DNA of 32,000 nt from an uncultured Chloroflexia bacterium (lineage in GTDB: Bacteria; Chloroflexota; Ktedonobacteria; Ktedonobacterales; JADMIN01). A program made the position numbers and the translations under genes. Position 1 is the stretch's first letter, and each line of letters begins with the position of its first letter. A model generated the notes under the pieces. That model made no database searches. It had not been told where the DNA came from and saw only the letters and a list, made by a program, of their open reading frames with translations. Below are positions 17,547 to 27,000 of this stretch, one piece after another. The stretch covers positions 30,001 to 62,000 of the forward strand of contig CAVRAI010000013.1 of the NCBI GenBank assembly GCA_963718915.1, written 5' to 3'.

Positions 17547-17960
17547 ATGCAGAAGTCCCATCGAGCACCAACACCGGACGCGATTGCGCCGGATGGCATT
17601 GCGATCCGCCATCTGATCGATGAGGCGCAAGGCGCAAAGAAGCTGAGTCTCGCCGAGGGGGCGCTCGGGCCGAATCAGCGCTCGGCTAAGGTCTACCATA
17701 CCACCTATGAGGAGATCTGGTACTTCCTTCAAGGAGAGGGCATCTTCCACCTGCATGTGCCAGGCATTGACGCTGAAGAGGCGACGCACGTGAGGCCTGG
17801 AGACGCGCTGCTCATCCCGCCCCACCATGGCTTCTGGGTGGAGAATACCGGCACGGACGAGCTGGTCGTCCTCCTGGCTGGTTCTCCGCCCTGGGGAGCT
17901 GGTCAGGGGGTCCACCCATGGCCGCCTTTGGGCCCGCCGGAAGGTGAGAGACCATGCTAG
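17547..17960 (+). CDS. cupin domain protein
   Basis: EIWYFLQGEG......VRPGDALLIPPHHGFWVENTG is a cupin_2-type motif pair. AGGAGG lies 7 nt upstream. The Pro/Gly-rich C-terminal tail abuts the rearranged region at about 17960-18170. Confidence 0.75.
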   Translation: MQKSHRAPTPDAIAPDGIAIRHLIDEAQGAKKLSLAEGALGPNQRSAKVYHTTYEEIWYFLQGEGIFHLHVPGIDAEEATHVRPGDALLIPPHHGFWVENTGTDELVVLLAGSPPWGAGQGVHPWPPLGPPEGERPC

Positions 17961-18068
17961 AAATTTCGAGGTGGTTCCAAGCAGGAACCAGGAGTCGCAC
18001 GTGCAAGGTCAGGTAGGGAGGAGGTTGGAGCGCGTTTAGGCGGAGTGGGTGTTGTCGTTCCGCTCCGG

Positions 18069-18166
18069 CCACGCCGATGAGTTGAAAGGCCCAGAGGGAG
18101 CGGTACCAGCGGACACGCTCCAGGCGACCGACGGCGACGAGGTAGTGGGTGGCGCGCAGGTCGTGG
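18069..18166 (-). pseudogene. about 100-bp fragment of a dnaE2 3' end
   Basis: It aligns to 24138-24250 of the intact dnaE2. Both encode YLVAVGRLERVRWYRSLWAFQLIGV. There are a few mismatches and one roughly 12-nt deletion, and no similarity beyond either end. Confidence 0.7.
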
Positions 18167-18445
18167 CGTGAAGGCGGCTTCGCCACGCTCGGCATACTCA
18201 TGTCGCCACCGGGCGAGGAGACTCTCGGACAACTGCTGTTCGCGGCACATCTGAGCGGGGCGCTTGGCCCCGTTCGCCAGTTGCCGAACCACCTCCAGTT
18301 TGAACTCGCGCGTAAACGTTCGTCCTGGCATGGCATTCCTCGCTTTCTCGGCTTTCTCGCCTGCGGTGTCTGTCGTCAGTCTACCGCAAGGTGATGGCTG
18401 AGTTGTTGCCTTGCCTCACTGGTCCGGGATTCGGGGTTCACTCCA
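18160..18445 (-). mobile_element. IS3-family insertion sequence remnant (left end plus the first ~58 codons of orfA)
   Basis: MPGRTFTREFKLEVVRQLANGAKRPAQMCREQQLSESLLARWRHEYAERGEAAF matches the HTH N-terminus of IS3/IS911-type OrfA. About 110 nt upstream, TGGAGTGAACCCCGAATCCCGGACC (reverse complement of 18421-18445) looks like an IS3-family terminal inverted repeat starting with TG. There is no orfB, no frameshift site and no right end. Confidence 0.65.
18342..18359. repeat. 9-bp tandem duplication (gctttctcg x2) just upstream of the IS3 orfA remnant ATG
   Basis: Perfect copies at 18342-18350 and 18351-18359. Confidence 0.85.
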
Positions 18446-18649
18446 CACGTACGTGATACTGGTTATCCTCACCTAAGGACGTGGACCATATCCCCTATTC
18501 TGAGCCAACCAGAAGTCTGATGCAGCACAGTCGTAACAGCGCTATACTTGGCTTGCCGCGGCAAACGATGAGGAGTCGACCGATCCGTTACTACAACGGT
18601 TTCGCAGCAGGAGTGCAATCACAAGCTACAACACATCAGGAGGTTAGTC

Positions 18650-19069
18650 ATGAAACCACTCTCTGAGCAACTGGCAGACTTGTCCGCCCGCGCGAAGAAG
18701 GCGGAGGATGATGCGGCGGCGGCGCGCAGGGAGGCGCGTGACAAAATTCAGGAGCGCGTTGACCAGCTTGACGCGGATGCCAAAACGCGCACTGCCCAGA
18801 TGAAAGCGACCGCGACCCAGGCCAAGGACACGGTGGAAGGGCAATGGGCCGACTTGCAGGCGACGACGAGGCAACGGACCGCCAAATTCAAGGCTGACAT
18901 CAATGCGAAGAAGGCGGAGATGGATGCGAAGCGCGCGGAACACAAGGCGGAGGATGCCGAGGACAACGCGTCGTGGGCAATCGTGTATGCGTATGATGCG
19001 GTTGACTACGCTGAGTCAGCGGTGCTGGACGCAATCACCGCCCGTTCGGATGCCGACGCCCTGGCGTAA
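18650..19069 (+). CDS. hypothetical alpha-helical (coiled-coil-like) Ala/Lys/Asp/Glu-rich protein
   Basis: 139-aa ORF with AGGAGG 7 nt upstream. It is strongly helical and low in complexity, with a C-terminal WAIVYAYDAVDYAESAVLDAITAR segment. I recognise no family. Confidence 0.6.
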   Translation: MKPLSEQLADLSARAKKAEDDAAAARREARDKIQERVDQLDADAKTRTAQMKATATQAKDTVEGQWADLQATTRQRTAKFKADINAKKAEMDAKRAEHKAEDAEDNASWAIVYAYDAVDYAESAVLDAITARSDADALA

Positions 19070-19281
19070 CCCATAACTCAGGTGTGTCACCCGACCCAGC
19101 GGCGCGGTCAGCCTACGTCACGTCGCATGTCAGGATCAGGCATCGTAGGGCATCGTGCAAGGCCCGTACCACTTCGTTGTGAAGATGTGGATGTGCTTCT
19201 TCTTAGCCTTGGGCTCTCGGACTCTTGGGCTCATGTACGCGCTCCGAGCCAAGCAGTGGTACGGCACTCAACGTGATCTGG

Positions 19282-19303
19282 TTAAAGGCGACTTAAAGGC
19301 GTC
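19282..19303. repeat. 11-bp tandem duplication containing the DUF1345 stop codon
   Basis: The copies are ttaaaggcgac and ttaaaggcgtc. The stop (tta on + strand) is at 19293-19295 and is duplicated at 19282-19284. Confidence 0.85.
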
Positions 19304-20123
19304 CGGCGATCAGACTGATCGCCAGTGCAACGATCGTGGTGTTGTAGACGAATGAGAGCAGTGCATGGACCAATACCACCCGCCGCATGCGCTGTGTAGT
19401 GACGCCGGTGTCCGATGTCTGGAAGGCCATGCCAATGGTGAACGCGAAGTAGGCAAAATCGATGTCGTTCGGCGGCACGCCAGCAAATGCTAAGCCGCTC
19501 GCCTGGCTGTCCGCCGGGGTCTCCGCCTGGTTATCGGCGCCAGCATAGTTGGCATAGTTGGCATAGTAATACAGGTGCGCGTAGCGCATCGTGTACGCGG
19601 TATGCAGTAGCAGCCATGAAGAGGCGATCGCGACAATCCCGAGTACGAGGTCCAACGCGGTTTGTGCCGTAGAGGTACCAGGGACTTCAGGACGCAACAA
19701 CCAGACCGCGGCGACGAGGCCAGCAATGCTGACGAGCAGCCTGATGAGGCCGAAGGTCGTACGACCGGGAAAGTCCGCAGCCGCTCGTTGGCGCGTCTGC
19801 TGGGAGTTGGACGTGAGGATGATGAGCCAGGGATGGAGGAGCGAGCAGAGCATTGCAACGTCCAACGCCGCGCCCAGCCGCACACTCCATCCCTGGCCCA
19901 ACGGGTTGAGCAGGGCGAGAACCAGGCCAAAGATGGCCCCGATTGCCAGACCGAGCCCCGGCTCAAGATGAGCCATCAGCGGTAGTTTGCGGGGAGGGAA
20001 CGTCGCCGCCCCTCGTGCTCGGGTTTCGCTCACCACTTGGCCTCCTCGTCGCTGCGGATGCGTGTCCCTCGCCCGCAGAAAACTTCCTCGCTGCGGCATG
20101 AAGGGGTGACCTGTGTCTGCCAT
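19293..20123 (-). CDS. DUF1345 domain membrane protein
   Basis: LLHTAYTMRYAHLYY and the FAYFAFTIGMAFQTSD...LLSFVYNTTIVALAI segments are typical of DUF1345. The start is uncertain: Met50 at 19976 would give the usual size, but no clear Shine-Dalgarno precedes any candidate. Confidence 0.75.
   Translation of the reverse strand: MADTGHPFMPQRGSFLRARDTHPQRRGGQVVSETRARGAATFPPRKLPLMAHLEPGLGLAIGAIFGLVLALLNPLGQGWSVRLGAALDVAMLCSLLHPWLIILTSNSQQTRQRAAADFPGRTTFGLIRLLVSIAGLVAAVWLLRPEVPGTSTAQTALDLVLGIVAIASSWLLLHTAYTMRYAHLYYYANYANYAGADNQAETPADSQASGLAFAGVPPNDIDFAYFAFTIGMAFQTSDTGVTTQRMRRVVLVHALLSFVYNTTIVALAISLIAGRL
19543..19569. repeat. 9-bp tandem repeat x3 inside the DUF1345 gene
   Basis: gcatagttg x2 plus gcatagtaa. 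It encodes YANYANYA. Confidence 0.85.
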
Positions 20124-20595
20124 CGTGGATCGTACGGCTAGCGTCGTCGCGCTAGGCCTAGCCTGCTTGCGAGTCAGCCGGCCAGGCTTAGATTATTACA
20201 TAGTGTACAATGGCAATCTGTAATTCTCTCAGGATGCGCCCTGCCTGCTCACGAAAGAGCTAATGGCGCAGAATATATATCACATATTGGATTTCAGATA
20301 CCCCTCAGGCCACAGCGCTGCAAATCAGCGCTCAACATGCAAAGATAACACTTCGTGGTATCGCGGCACGCCGCCGCGGCAGGTGGGGTGTGTATATGTA
20401 CAGGGCAGAGCCTGCGACCGTCGTTCGTGAGAGCACACTGCTTCTCCTTTCGCTTCGACTTGCGGATAGAGTATTGTACGCTGATAGGTGGAGTGCGGAT
20501 TCGCTGCGGACTTCTGCCTGATGTGAGCGCAACCATTCCTCCGCGCTCCGCGCCCCGTGGAGACACAGAGCAATCCGGGAGCCTCGCAAGACGAG

Positions 20596-20935
20596 AGGCG
20601 GGCCGTAGCAGTGTTGGCACGGCTTGTGCGGCCTCCCCGGAGGGGTCGGCAGTGCACACCGAGGAGGAGTTCACGCACCATTACAGATGCAGATATTCGG
20701 GCCGCCATCGAGCGGCATTGGGCCGGATTGCAGACGGGAGACGAAGCCGCGGAATATGCGATCTATGCCGATGATGTGGTCCTGGAGTATCCACAACCGG
20801 GCGAGCGGTTCCGCGGGCGACGCAACATCCAGGGCCAGCGTGGCTACCACCCGGCACGGTGCGAGTTTGTCGTCCGACGTGTGCGCGGCAGCGGCGATCT
20901 GTGGATCACCGAACTGGTCATCACCTACGGCGGTG
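20596..20935 (+). pseudogene. truncated copy of the NTF2-like gene plus its 5' leader
   Basis: It aligns to about 12626-12975 with roughly 85-90 percent identity by eye. The ATG context is lost (ACC ATT ACA GAT here versus ATG ATC GAT in the intact gene). Similarity ends after VITY, so the last third of the fold is replaced by unrelated sequence running into the yoaK-like gene. Confidence 0.7.
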
Positions 20936-21054
20936 AGGACGTTGGAGGCCCGCGCGCACCCATAGGTCGTGCTGGCGCTCGTGGGCGTTGGGGAGCATGA
21001 CGAGGAGGCGTGACCAAGCACGTGGCAAGGGCTTGACACGCAACCAAGGAAATT

Positions 21055-21801
21055 GTGATGATGATCCTGCTCGACGCATGGCAGTTGATCGCGCCGCCGC
21101 CCAACGACCGGCACGGCCCACTCGCGCCGCTCCTGCTGTCGCTGACGTTCCTCACGGGGCTCGTGGACGCCTTCAGCTACTTGGCTCTCGGACATGTGTT
21201 CGTGGCGAACATGACCGGCAACATCGTGTTCCTGGCCTTTGCCCTGGCGGGCGCCAAGGGCTTCTCCATTGCTGCCTCGCTGCTCGCCCTCGCCGCCTTC
21301 GCCCTTGGAGCGTTTGTCGGTGGCCGATTGAATACCGAGCTGGGTGGACACCGCGGTCGTCTGCTCACCATAGCAAGCGCCATTGAGGCAATCCTCGTCG
21401 CTGGCGCTCTGATCCTCGCCGAGGTCAGCGCTCCGTCGCGACTCGGGAGTGGCAGCGGACCGGAGCAGTACGGCCTTATCGTCCTGCTCGGCCTGGCGAT
21501 GGGCCTGCAGAACGCTACCGCTCGCCACCTGGCGGTGCCCGATCTTACGACCACCGTCTTGACCCTGACGATCACCGGGATCGCCGCCGATTCTCACCTG
21601 ACTGGCGGCGCTGGGTCGCGGCTGGGTCGGCGTGGCGTTGCGGTGCTAGCCATGTTTCTTGGCGCAGTGATAGGCGGCTTGCTTGTGGTCGGTGGCAGGG
21701 CCATGATCAGCCTGGTTCTCGCACTCCTCGTGCTGGGCATAGTTGCTGCCAACGCTGCGGCCGTCTCCAGGGCTAACCCGCCCTGGGCGCATGCCCCGTG
21801 A
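21055..21801 (+). CDS. YoaK family (DUF1275) membrane protein
   Basis: LLLSLTFLTGLVDAFSYLALGHVFVANMTGNIVFLAFAL is the family-typical N-terminus, followed by multiple TM segments. AAGGA lies 8 nt upstream. Opposite-strand ORF 20671..21597 is a shadow. Confidence 0.8.
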   Translation: MMMILLDAWQLIAPPPNDRHGPLAPLLLSLTFLTGLVDAFSYLALGHVFVANMTGNIVFLAFALAGAKGFSIAASLLALAAFALGAFVGGRLNTELGGHRGRLLTIASAIEAILVAGALILAEVSAPSRLGSGSGPEQYGLIVLLGLAMGLQNATARHLAVPDLTTTVLTLTITGIAADSHLTGGAGSRLGRRGVAVLAMFLGAVIGGLLVVGGRAMISLVLALLVLGIVAANAAAVSRANPPWAHAP

Positions 21802-21905
21802 GCGCGTCGCATGATGATCGTGTCTTCTTGGTCGCGCTGACCGGCCGGATCAGGTGCGGTGTACAGGTAGATTCAGAGACAGAGATAAGAGAGGCAACAA
21901 GAACA

Positions 21906-22880
21906 ATGAAGTACACGCAGCTTGGACAGACAGACCTGCGCGTCTCGACCATCGCGTACGGCACCTGGCAGTTTGGCGGGGACTGGGGCAGCGTTGATAT
22001 GCAGGACGGGCAGGCGGCTATCCGGCGCGCCCTCGAATCAGGTATTACACTCTTCGATACCGCCCAGGCCTACGGGTTCGGCGCTTCCGAGCGGGTTCTA
22101 GGCGAGGCGCTCAAGCCCGAACTCACGAGTAGACGTGACACGATCATCCTGGCCACCAAGGGTGGCTTGCGCATGGAAGGTAACAAGCTTCTGCGCGACG
22201 CGAGCGCTGGCTGGCTGCGCCAGGGCGTCGAGCAGAGCCTTCGGAACCTCGGTGTCGACTACATCGACCTCTATCAACTCCATTGGCCAGATCCCCATAC
22301 GCCAATCGAGGAGACGGCCAGCGCCCTGGCGCAGCTGGCGCATGAGAGTAAGATCCGCTATGTCGGCCTCTCGAACTTCGATGTCGAGCACATGCAGGCG
22401 TTCGAGCGCACGCGCAAAATCGACACACTCCAGCCGCCCTACGATATCTTCCGGCGCGACATCGAGCGTGCGATCCTCCCCTACTGTCAGGAGCACGCTA
22501 TCGGTGTGCTCGTGTACGGCCCACTCGGACATGGGCTGCTCGCCGGGGGATATACACCGCAGACAACCTTCGCCAGCGATGATTGGCGCAGCAAGAATTC
22601 CGCCTTCCAGGGTGACCTCTTCGCGCGGAATCTGGCCGTTGTCGAGCGGCTCAAGGGTGTGGCCGAACGGCAGGGCATCACGGTGGCGCAGTTGGCCGTC
22701 GCCTGGGTGCTAGCCAATCCAGCCGTGGACGTCGCCATCGTCGGGGCTCGCCGCCCGCGCCAGATCGAACAAACGTCGCCAGCAGCAGACATTCAGCTGA
22801 AGCCCGAGACGCTGGGCGAGATCGAGCAGATCATGCGGGATGCGACGCCCATCGGTGGGCCCTCGCCCGAGACCATGTAG
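21906..22880 (+). CDS. aldo/keto reductase
   Basis: MKYTQLGQTDLRVSTIAYGTWQFGGDWG, LFDTAQAYG, DLYQLHWPD and LSNF segments. The internal ATG at 21906 matches the canonical AKR N-terminus. Confidence 0.9.
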   Translation: MKYTQLGQTDLRVSTIAYGTWQFGGDWGSVDMQDGQAAIRRALESGITLFDTAQAYGFGASERVLGEALKPELTSRRDTIILATKGGLRMEGNKLLRDASAGWLRQGVEQSLRNLGVDYIDLYQLHWPDPHTPIEETASALAQLAHESKIRYVGLSNFDVEHMQAFERTRKIDTLQPPYDIFRRDIERAILPYCQEHAIGVLVYGPLGHGLLAGGYTPQTTFASDDWRSKNSAFQGDLFARNLAVVERLKGVAERQGITVAQLAVAWVLANPAVDVAIVGARRPRQIEQTSPAADIQLKPETLGEIEQIMRDATPIGGPSPETM

Positions 22881-23009
22881 GTCGTTGCCAGGAAGGAAGA
22901 TGTCTGACCGCCGTCGCAGGGCATGAGGAATGCGCCTGGAATAGGTCTGCGCCCCGCGGCGCCCCTCGAAGAGGGTGATTGCGCTCATCTCAATAAACGG
23001 TAGCGGCGA

Positions 23010-23035
23010 AGCAGTACCATTCAGCAGTACCATTC
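23010..23035. repeat. 13-bp tandem duplication (agcagtaccattc x2) upstream of the HIBADH-like gene
   Basis: Perfect copies at 23010-23022 and 23023-23035. Confidence 0.85.
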
Positions 23036-23062
23036 TATCGAACCCAGAAAGGATGCACGAGA

Positions 23063-24004
23063 GTGAACACGACCATCAACACGACAAGCCACGGTGAAGA
23101 GCAGAAGAAACCCAACGTGGGCTTCATCGGCATGGGGCACATGGGCAGCCGCCTAGCCGCGCGCCTCCTCGACGCAGGCTACCCCCTCACGGTCTACGAC
23201 CGCACGCCCGAGCACACGCAGCCGCTTGCCCAGCGCGGCGCTAAGACCGCAGCCACCCCCGCCGAGATAGCGTCGGTGTCCACCATTGTCTTATCCAGCC
23301 TTGCCGACGATGCCGCCGTGGAAGCGGTGCTGCTCGGCCCAGAGGGCGCCGTTGCGGCGGCTCGCCCCGGCACAACCTTCATCGAGATGAGCACCATCCT
23401 GCCGGAGACGTCGCGCAAGCTCGCTGCGGCCGCACAAGAACATGGGCTAACCGCGTTGGACGCCGCCATATCCGGCAGCACACCCCAGGCGGAGGCGGGT
23501 ACGCTCGTCGTGCTCGTCGGTGGGGAGCAGGCGGCCTACGACCGCTGCCTGCCGGTCCTCTCGGCGCTTGGCCAACGCGTGTTCTACATGGGCCAAAGCG
23601 GGATGGGCACAACGATGAAGCTGGTCGTCAACACGCTGCTGGGCGTGGACATCCAGGTACTGGCGGAGGCCGTCTCCCTAGGCGAAAAGGCGGGCCTGGA
23701 GAAAGGACGTCTTCTCGACGTGCTCGGCCAGACGGCCGTGATTTCGCCCCGTCAGAAACTCGCCATGGAGAACGTCCGGCGGGAACACTATCCCGTCACC
23801 TTCGCACTCGAGCTCATGCACAAGGACTTCGGGCTGATCTTGCGTGAGGCGGAGGCGCTGCGTGTCGCGATGCCGGTGACGGCGGCTGCCGAGCAGGTCG
23901 CCACCGTCGAGCTGTCCAGCCGGGCGGGTGGTGATATCACAGAAACGATCCGCTGGATGGAGGAGCTGGCGGGGGTGCTAGCACCGGAAGGGACGACGAG
24001 GTAA
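23063..24004 (+). CDS. NAD(P)-dependent oxidoreductase, beta-hydroxyacid (3-hydroxyisobutyrate / 6-phosphogluconate) dehydrogenase family
   Basis: VGFIGMGHMGSRLAARLL dinucleotide-binding motif, then GTTMKLVVNTL and a downstream helical domain. The apparent start is a GTG at 23063. Confidence 0.85.
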   Translation: MNTTINTTSHGEEQKKPNVGFIGMGHMGSRLAARLLDAGYPLTVYDRTPEHTQPLAQRGAKTAATPAEIASVSTIVLSSLADDAAVEAVLLGPEGAVAAARPGTTFIEMSTILPETSRKLAAAAQEHGLTALDAAISGSTPQAEAGTLVVLVGGEQAAYDRCLPVLSALGQRVFYMGQSGMGTTMKLVVNTLLGVDIQVLAEAVSLGEKAGLEKGRLLDVLGQTAVISPRQKLAMENVRREHYPVTFALELMHKDFGLILREAEALRVAMPVTAAAEQVATVELSSRAGGDITETIRWMEELAGVLAPEGTTR

Positions 24005-24052
24005 GCTAATCAATCAATGGACATGCGGCCGCAAACACGCCTGGCGTACTAA

Positions 24053-27000
24053 TTAAGTGTTTGAAAGGCCTTCTTTGCTAGGTTTGTGCCAGGCGAGTGA
24101 GCAGAAGCCGGATGCCGAATGTGCGGATGCATTCTTTCGCACGCCGATGAGCTGGAAGGCCCAGAGGGAGCGGTACCAGCGGACGCGCTCCAGGCGACCA
24201 ACGGCGACCAGGTAGCGGGCGTCACGCAGGGTGCGGCGCAGGTCGTGGGCGAGGGCAGGCGCCATGGCCAGGGGGAGGCGTCCCGTCTCATCCTCCAGGA
24301 CTACGAAACCGACGCCTTTGGCGGTTGGTGGGCGTTGGGCGGAGATGGGCCAGCCCGCCACACGCACAACCCGCCCCTCCGCCACGTGTGCCAGATCGGA
24401 GATGCGCAACACCCCCCGGCGATCCAGTTGCGGGCGGTAATGGCGCATCGGATGTGGGCGTGTGGAGAGGCCGAGCAGCTGGTAGTCCAGCGCGTCACGC
24501 TCAAAGGCCGTGAGGGCTGGCAGGGTGGGGACATCCGCGAGCGCATCGAGTGGCATCTCCCAGGTGAGGGTCAGTTGTTGCGGATGTTCGGCAGTTGTAT
24601 CTGCCATGGCCGTGGCATTGCTGCGGCGTCGCTTCGCGCCTTTGGGATGGGGGTCTACCAGTGGCCAAAGTTCGCGGAGTTGCCAGAGGCGTTGCCGCCG
24701 GTCCATGCGCGGGGCGAGGCCGTCGCAGGCGCCTGACCAGACGAGCGCTTCAGCGGCGTCACGGGTGAGTCCAGCGGGACGGAGGCGGACGAGCAGATCC
24801 CAGAGCGAGGTAAAGGGGCGCTCGTGGAGGTGGCCGGACTCGTCGAGGGTACGACGTTCCCACAGGATGGCGCGCGCGAGATCCTCGCCGATCTGGCTGA
24901 CCTGACGCAGCCCAACCCGAATGCCCCAGCGCCTCCCACCGGGCGCATGTCCACTCCCTACGCTGCCAGCGGGTTCCACCGAGAAGCGGTCCTCACTGGC
25001 GTTCACATGCACGGGGAGAACGGGGATGCGGAGGCGTTTCGCCTCCTCCAGCACCACATGCGGCGGGAAGTAGCCCGCGGGTTGGGCGGAGAGGAAGGCG
25101 GCGAGATAGTGGGCGGGGTAGTGCGCCTTGAGCCAGGCGGTCTGGTAGATGGTGCGGGCAAACTCGGCGGCGTGGCTTTTGCAGAATCCGTAGCCAACGA
25201 AGGCGGAGACGGCCTCGAAGACACGATCCGCCGCCTCGTGTGTCTCGCCACGGGCCAGCGCGCCCCCGACGAAGCGCTGGCGCATCGCCTCCATCTCGCG
25301 GCGGCTGCGCTGGTGGGACATGGCGCGGCGGAAGCCATCCGCGTCGGCGTAGCTCAGCCCAGCGAAGCGGTGGGCAATTTCAAGGATCTGCTCCTGGAAG
25401 AGCAGGATGCCCTCGCTCTCGGCCAGGATGGGGCCGAGGACGGGGTGGGCCGTCCAGAAGTCGTCGGTTGGCGTGCCCTTCCAGGGGGTCTGCACGGCAT
25501 CTCGCTGTTGCCGAATATAGCGCGCCGCCTGTGCGCCCTGCGCAGATTGCTTGGAGTCTTGGGCCTGCTTGTCCAGGCGGCGTTCGATGTAGGGATGGAC
25601 GAAGCCGCCCTGGATGGGGCCGGGGCGAAAGAGCGCGGTCTGGACGATGAGATCGTTGAAGGTGGTGGGCTGAGTCTGGGCGAGCAGATGCCATTGGCCG
25701 GGACTCTCGATCTGGAAGACCGCCAGCGTCTGGCCGCTGCGGATGAGGGCCATCGTGCGCGGATCAGGGGGCGTGGTGGGCAAATGGTCGATGTCGGGCC
25801 GCTCGCCAGTGGTTCGCTCGATAAGGGTGAGCGCCTCCTCGACAGCGCCGAGGGTGCGCAGGCCCAGCAGGTCAAACTTGATGAGGCCGAGACGTTCGAC
25901 GTCGTCTTTATCGATCTCCAAGGCGCGCACGCCATTGGCTGAGACGCGCACGGGCAGCAAGGTGGCCAGCGGCTCACGGGTGAGCACCATGCCGCCGTTA
26001 TGGAGGCTGAGGTGGCGTGGCAAGCCGAGGAGCTTCGGAGCGATCTGTAGCAGGAGGGGCAGCCGTTCCAGGCAGCGAGCGCGGACAGATGCGTTGGGGA
26101 GCGTAGAGAATGTGGCGATAACCTGGCGTAGCTCGCTTTCGTGGCTGAGCAACTCCTCGGCGTCGGCGTGGTGTGAGAGCCGTTTGGTCATGCGGTTGAC
26201 CAGTTCCAGGGGGTAGCTGAGGGCTTTGGCGGCGTCGCGCAGGGCACTCCTGGCCCGGTAGGTGATGACATTGGCGACCATAGCGGCGTGGGCCTCGCTG
26301 TAGGTGCGCTCGACGTAGCGGATCAGTTCGTCGCGGCGGTCGGACTGGACATCGACATCGATATCGGGCATGCCGCCGCGGTCAGGGTTGAGGAAACGCT
26401 CGAAGAGGAGCTTATGGTGGATCGGGTCAACGCCAGTGATGCCCAGGCAGTAGGCGACCAGACTATTGGCGGCGCTGCCCCGACCGCTGACGCGGATGCC
26501 CATGGCGCGGGCGGCGTGCATGATGTCGTGGACGCAGAGGAAGAATTCTTCAAGCTGCAATTGCGCGATAACGGACAGTTCGTGGTCGAGTTGTGTGCGC
26601 TGGGGGCTGCCGGGGAGCAGCGCCTCAGGTAGATTGGCATAGCGGGTTGCGAGGCCGGACTCGCTGAGGGCGCGCAGATGGGTAGTGGGTGTTGCGCCCT
26701 CTGGCAGGGAGACCTGGGGCGCGGTGCAGGCGCCTTTGAGCAGAGAGAGGTGACAGCGCGTTGCGATCTCGCCGCTGGCGCGCAGGGCGGCGCGGCCTTG
26801 GGGAACGCGCGCAAAGAGGGATGCCAGCGCGCGCGCGGACTTGAGGTGCGCCTCGTCGTTGCGGGGGCGTTCGGCGTGGGGCTGATCCACGGTGAGGCCG
26901 AGGCGCGTACAGGTCATGAGGTCGTAGAGGGCGCAGTCGGCGCGGGATGCGTAGTGCACCCCATTGGTGGCGACGTAGCGGAGACCTGCCTCCTCGGCGA

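Noticed and set aside
17812-18336. 174-aa and 124-aa minus-strand ORFs (17812..18336, 17957..18331) as real genes.
   Set aside because: They read through the junction of an IS3 orfA fragment and a dnaE2 3' fragment in shifted frames, so they are chimeric products of a rearrangement scar.
18421-18445. tRNA-like T-arm (ggggttcactcc).
   Set aside because: Flanking bases cannot form the T-stem or the rest of a cloverleaf. The sequence is better explained as the terminal inverted repeat of the IS3-family remnant.
22881-23033. Minus-strand ORF 22710..23033 (107 aa) filling the AKR / HIBADH spacer.
   Set aside because: It overlaps the 3' end of the well-supported aldo/keto reductase gene in antisense, is Arg-rich, and has no ribosome-binding site.
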